Below are positions 61,524-64,000 of a stretch of 64,000 nt of DNA, piece by piece. The position numbers and the translations under genes were made by a program. Source of the DNA: an uncultured Pseudomonadota bacterium (lineage in GTDB: Bacteria; Pseudomonadota; Alphaproteobacteria; JACZXZ01); assembly GCA_963749075.1 (NCBI GenBank), contig CAVVLJ010000016.1, positions 32,001 through 96,000 on the forward strand, read 5' to 3'. Within the stretch, counting starts at the first letter, position 1, and every line of letters starts with the position of its first letter. A model generated the notes under the pieces. The model ran no database searches, was not told the DNA's origin, and saw nothing but the letters and a program-made list of their open reading frames with translations.

Positions 61524-62384
61524 CTAGAATGGATTGATCGCGTTCAAGGTTTTGCTCAGGAGCGAGGCGTTCATCGGCTCGCCGGTGTCGTGGTCGATCT
61601 TGACGTTCTCGACGAGCTGGTAGCTGTCCATGTACCACTGGCTGTTCGGATAGTTGTAGCCGAGCACGGCCGCCGTCTTGCGCGCCTCGTCGACGATGCC
61701 GAGCGCCATGTAGCACTCGACCAGGCGGTGCAGCGCCTCGGGCACCTGGCTCGTCGTCTGGTACTTGGCGACGACGATCTTGTAGCGGTTGATGGCGGCG
61801 AGGTAGAGCCCGCGCTGCTCGTAGAAGCGGCCGATCTCGAGCTCCTTGCCGGCAAGATGATCGTTCACGAGGTCGATCTTGTGCCGTGCGTCGCGCGCGT
61901 AGGAGCTGTCGGGATAGCGCCGGATCAGCTCCTTGAGCGAGGCGAGCGCCTGCTCGCCGTTGGACTGGTCGCGCTCGACGTCCGTCACCTGCTCGTAGTA
62001 GCTGAGCGACTTGAGGTAGTAGGCATAGGCGATGTCCCGGTTGCCCGGATGGAGCTGGATGAAGCGGTTGAGCGCGTTGATCGCGTCCTGATAGGTGTTC
62101 CCCTGATAGAGCGCATAGGCCGACATCAGCTCGGCCTTGGTCGCCCAGATCGAGTAGGGATGCTGGCGCTCGACGTCCTCGAAGGCCTTGGACGCCTCCT
62201 TGTAGCGGCGCTCGGCCAGCATATCCATCGCCTTGTTGTAGAGCGTGTTGACCGGCTTCTCGACGGCCGCGTCGTCCTTGGCCTCGTCGTCGTCGGAGGA
62301 GCAGGCGGCGAGCGTCAGCGCCAGCGCGAATGCCGCGAGAAGGAGGAGCGGAGCGCGCCTCAGATCATGCCAAAATTGCCTCAT
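61524..62384 (-). CDS. bamD: Outer membrane assembly lipoprotein BamD
   Basis: LAAC lipobox, ERQHPYS.WA, HLAGKE.EIGRFY, LG.NYP.S.WY; lpxC-bamD-recN-ligA order. Confidence 0.95.
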   Translation of the reverse strand: MRQFWHDLRRAPLLLLAAFALALTLAACSSDDDEAKDDAAVEKPVNTLYNKAMDMLAERRYKEASKAFEDVERQHPYSIWATKAELMSAYALYQGNTYQDAINALNRFIQLHPGNRDIAYAYYLKSLSYYEQVTDVERDQSNGEQALASLKELIRRYPDSSYARDARHKIDLVNDHLAGKELEIGRFYEQRGLYLAAINRYKIVVAKYQTTSQVPEALHRLVECYMALGIVDEARKTAAVLGYNYPNSQWYMDSYQLVENVKIDHDTGEPMNASLLSKTLNAINPF

Positions 62385-62560
62385 TGCCCTCTCAAGCCCT
62401 CAACCCACTCAAGTCCTGAGCCGAAAGCGGGGGATGCCCACCCCGGGACCGCCTCGCGCGCTCACTATAGCACGCTTGGCGCGGATCCAATAGCCGCGCG
62501 CGCGGGCATCCCCGGCACCCTACGGCACGGCGCTCAGCCGCTCTTCGCTCGAGGGAAAGA

Positions 62561-63496
62561 TCAGGCGGAGGCCGCCGCCTTGCGCGAGTCCGCCTGGACC
62601 AGGCCACCCGCCGCCCGCGCTTGATCGAGCGGCACCCGGCGCCACGCCTCGGCGTCCGCGAAGAGGGCGCGCAGCAGGCGGTTGTGCATGCTGTGGCCGG
62701 AGCGGTAGCCGTGGAAATGGCCGAGGATGGGAGCGCCGGCGAGGCAGAGATCGCCCACCGCGTCGAGCACCTTGTGGCGCACGAACTCGTCCTCGTAGCG
62801 CAAGCCCTCGGCATTGACAACGCGGTCGCCGTCGACCACCACCGCGTTGTCGAGCGAGCCGCCGAGGGCCAGGCCCGCGGCGCGCAGCTTGTGTACGTCC
62901 TCGGCGAAGCCGAAGGTGCGCGCCCGCGCGATCTCGCTCCTGAAGGCGCCGTTCTCGAGCGACACGTAATAGGTCTGCCGCGCGATCGCCGCTGCCTCGA
63001 AATCGATCTCGCAACTGACCGAGAAGCCGCCGCTCGGCGAGAGCGAGGCCATCGCCTCGTGGTTACCCACCGCGACCTGCTTCAGGACCTGGATGGCGGA
63101 GCGCGCCTCGCCCTGCTCGACGACGCCCGCGCAATCGATGAGGAACATGAAGGGTGCGGCGCTGCCGTCCATGACGGGGACTTCGGGGCCGTTGAGCTCG
63201 ACGAGGAGATTGTCGACATGGCTGCCGGCGACCGCGGCCAGCAGATGCTCGACGGTGCCGATGCGCGCCTCGCCGTGGGTGCTACGCGCCTCCAGGCCGA
63301 GGGTCGTGCACATGCGCGTATCGACGACGTGGCGCCAGGTGGCCGGAACGCGCACCCCGCCGCCCGCCGGGTCGGTGCGCCGAAAGACGATGCCACTGTT
63401 TACGTCGCCCGGCTGGAGGGTCATCGTGACCTTCCGGCCGGAATGCAAGCCGATCCCCGAACAGCTGATCGGCGTCTTCAGGGTGCGCTGGAGAAT
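62561..63496 (-). CDS. lpxC: UDP-3-O-acyl-GlcNAc deacetylase (probable ATT start)
   Basis: [41 protein letters not shown]. Confidence 0.93.
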   Translation of the reverse strand: MLQRTLKTPISCSGIGLHSGRKVTMTLQPGDVNSGIVFRRTDPAGGGVRVPATWRHVVDTRMCTTLGLEARSTHGEARIGTVEHLLAAVAGSHVDNLLVELNGPEVPVMDGSAAPFMFLIDCAGVVEQGEARSAIQVLKQVAVGNHEAMASLSPSGGFSVSCEIDFEAAAIARQTYYVSLENGAFRSEIARARTFGFAEDVHKLRAAGLALGGSLDNAVVVDGDRVVNAEGLRYEDEFVRHKVLDAVGDLCLAGAPILGHFHGYRSGHSMHNRLLRALFADAEAWRRVPLDQARAAGGLVQADSRKAAASA

Positions 63497-63703
63497 TTGC
63501 TCCTCCCCTCGCTAGCGAGAGCCGCTTCCGCCCGTTTTGATCCCCGTTCCGGTCCCGCCCGGAATCTTCTCGGCTCGGTGTCCGAGTGCTTCGGGGTCTC
63601 TTTACCAACCGGCCCCGAAGCACTCAAATCACCTTTTGTTACGGAATGTTACCTGGAAAAGCGGTGCTCGCTCAAGGGGTTGCGCTCCTTCTTCGCGGCC
63701 TCG

Positions 63704-64000
63704 TCAGTTGGCCTGGCGGCGCAAGAACGCCGGGATGTCCAGGAGGTCGTCCTCGCCCTTCGAGACGGAGAGCCGGTTGGCCGGGTCGAGCCCGCCCAGG
63801 CGCGGCTGCGCCGCTTGGGGCTCGGCCGCCGGCACCTCGCCCGCCTTCCGGGCACCGCCCGTGACGCGGGTGAAGATGTCGGCCACGCGCCGCGCCTTGC
63901 GCGGTGCCGCCTGCTGAAGTGCCGCATGGCCCGCCGTGGCCAAGGCGGGCGCGGGCTCGGCCGCGGCCGGCCGGGCGGCGAGGGGCTCGCTTTGGCCGGC
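63704..64000 (-). CDS. ftsZ: Cell division protein FtsZ, C-terminal part (truncated by window edge)
   Basis: Ends LDIPAFLRRQAN; lies upstream of lpxC. Confidence 0.92.
   Translation of the reverse strand, partial: AGQSEPLAARPAAAEPAPALATAGHAALQQAAPRKARRVADIFTRVTGGARKAGEVPAAEPQAAQPRLGGLDPANRLSVSKGEDDLLDIPAFLRRQAN

Noticed and set aside
63638-63652. GTAAC-N5-GTAAC upstream of lpxC as a CtrA box
   Set aside because: Half-sites and 10-bp spacing do not fit TTAA-N7-TTAA

Overview
High-GC alphaproteobacterial (Rhodospirillales-like) chromosomal segment. Core genes: the end of the dcw cluster (ftsZ 3' end, lpxC, bamD, recN, ligA), uvrD-prmA, dppABCDF, a GH17-GT2 cyclic glucan synthase, cspA and an aminopeptidase P. 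A catabolic region (about 32.4-57.3 kb) encodes a three-subunit molybdenum hydroxylase with a divergent MarR, hydantoinase/oxoprolinase A/B, a PotABCD-type transporter, two signal-less SsuA/THI5-fold proteins and a salicylate-5-hydroxylase-like Rieske oxygenase. The same TCAG-N4-CTGC palindrome precedes both oxidase operons, which resembles a split picolinate (pic) regulon. Mobile and repeat features: seven doublets of two BoxC-like palindromic repeat families; an ISAs1 element inserted into the hairpin of one doublet; a vapBC cassette between 97-bp direct repeats of the glcG promoter and 5' end, next to a lower-GC Vsr/DUF559-like nuclease gene; and an in-frame palindromic insert in uvrD. Also notable: lpxC apparently starts at ATT; the aminopeptidase P has a YgfB-like N-terminal extension and a D-to-N metal-ligand change; a DUF1127 gene has a CCUCCUCCC motif in its 3' region. 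No rRNA, tRNA or CRISPR array was seen. Protein family calls are by eye from motifs, without database searches.
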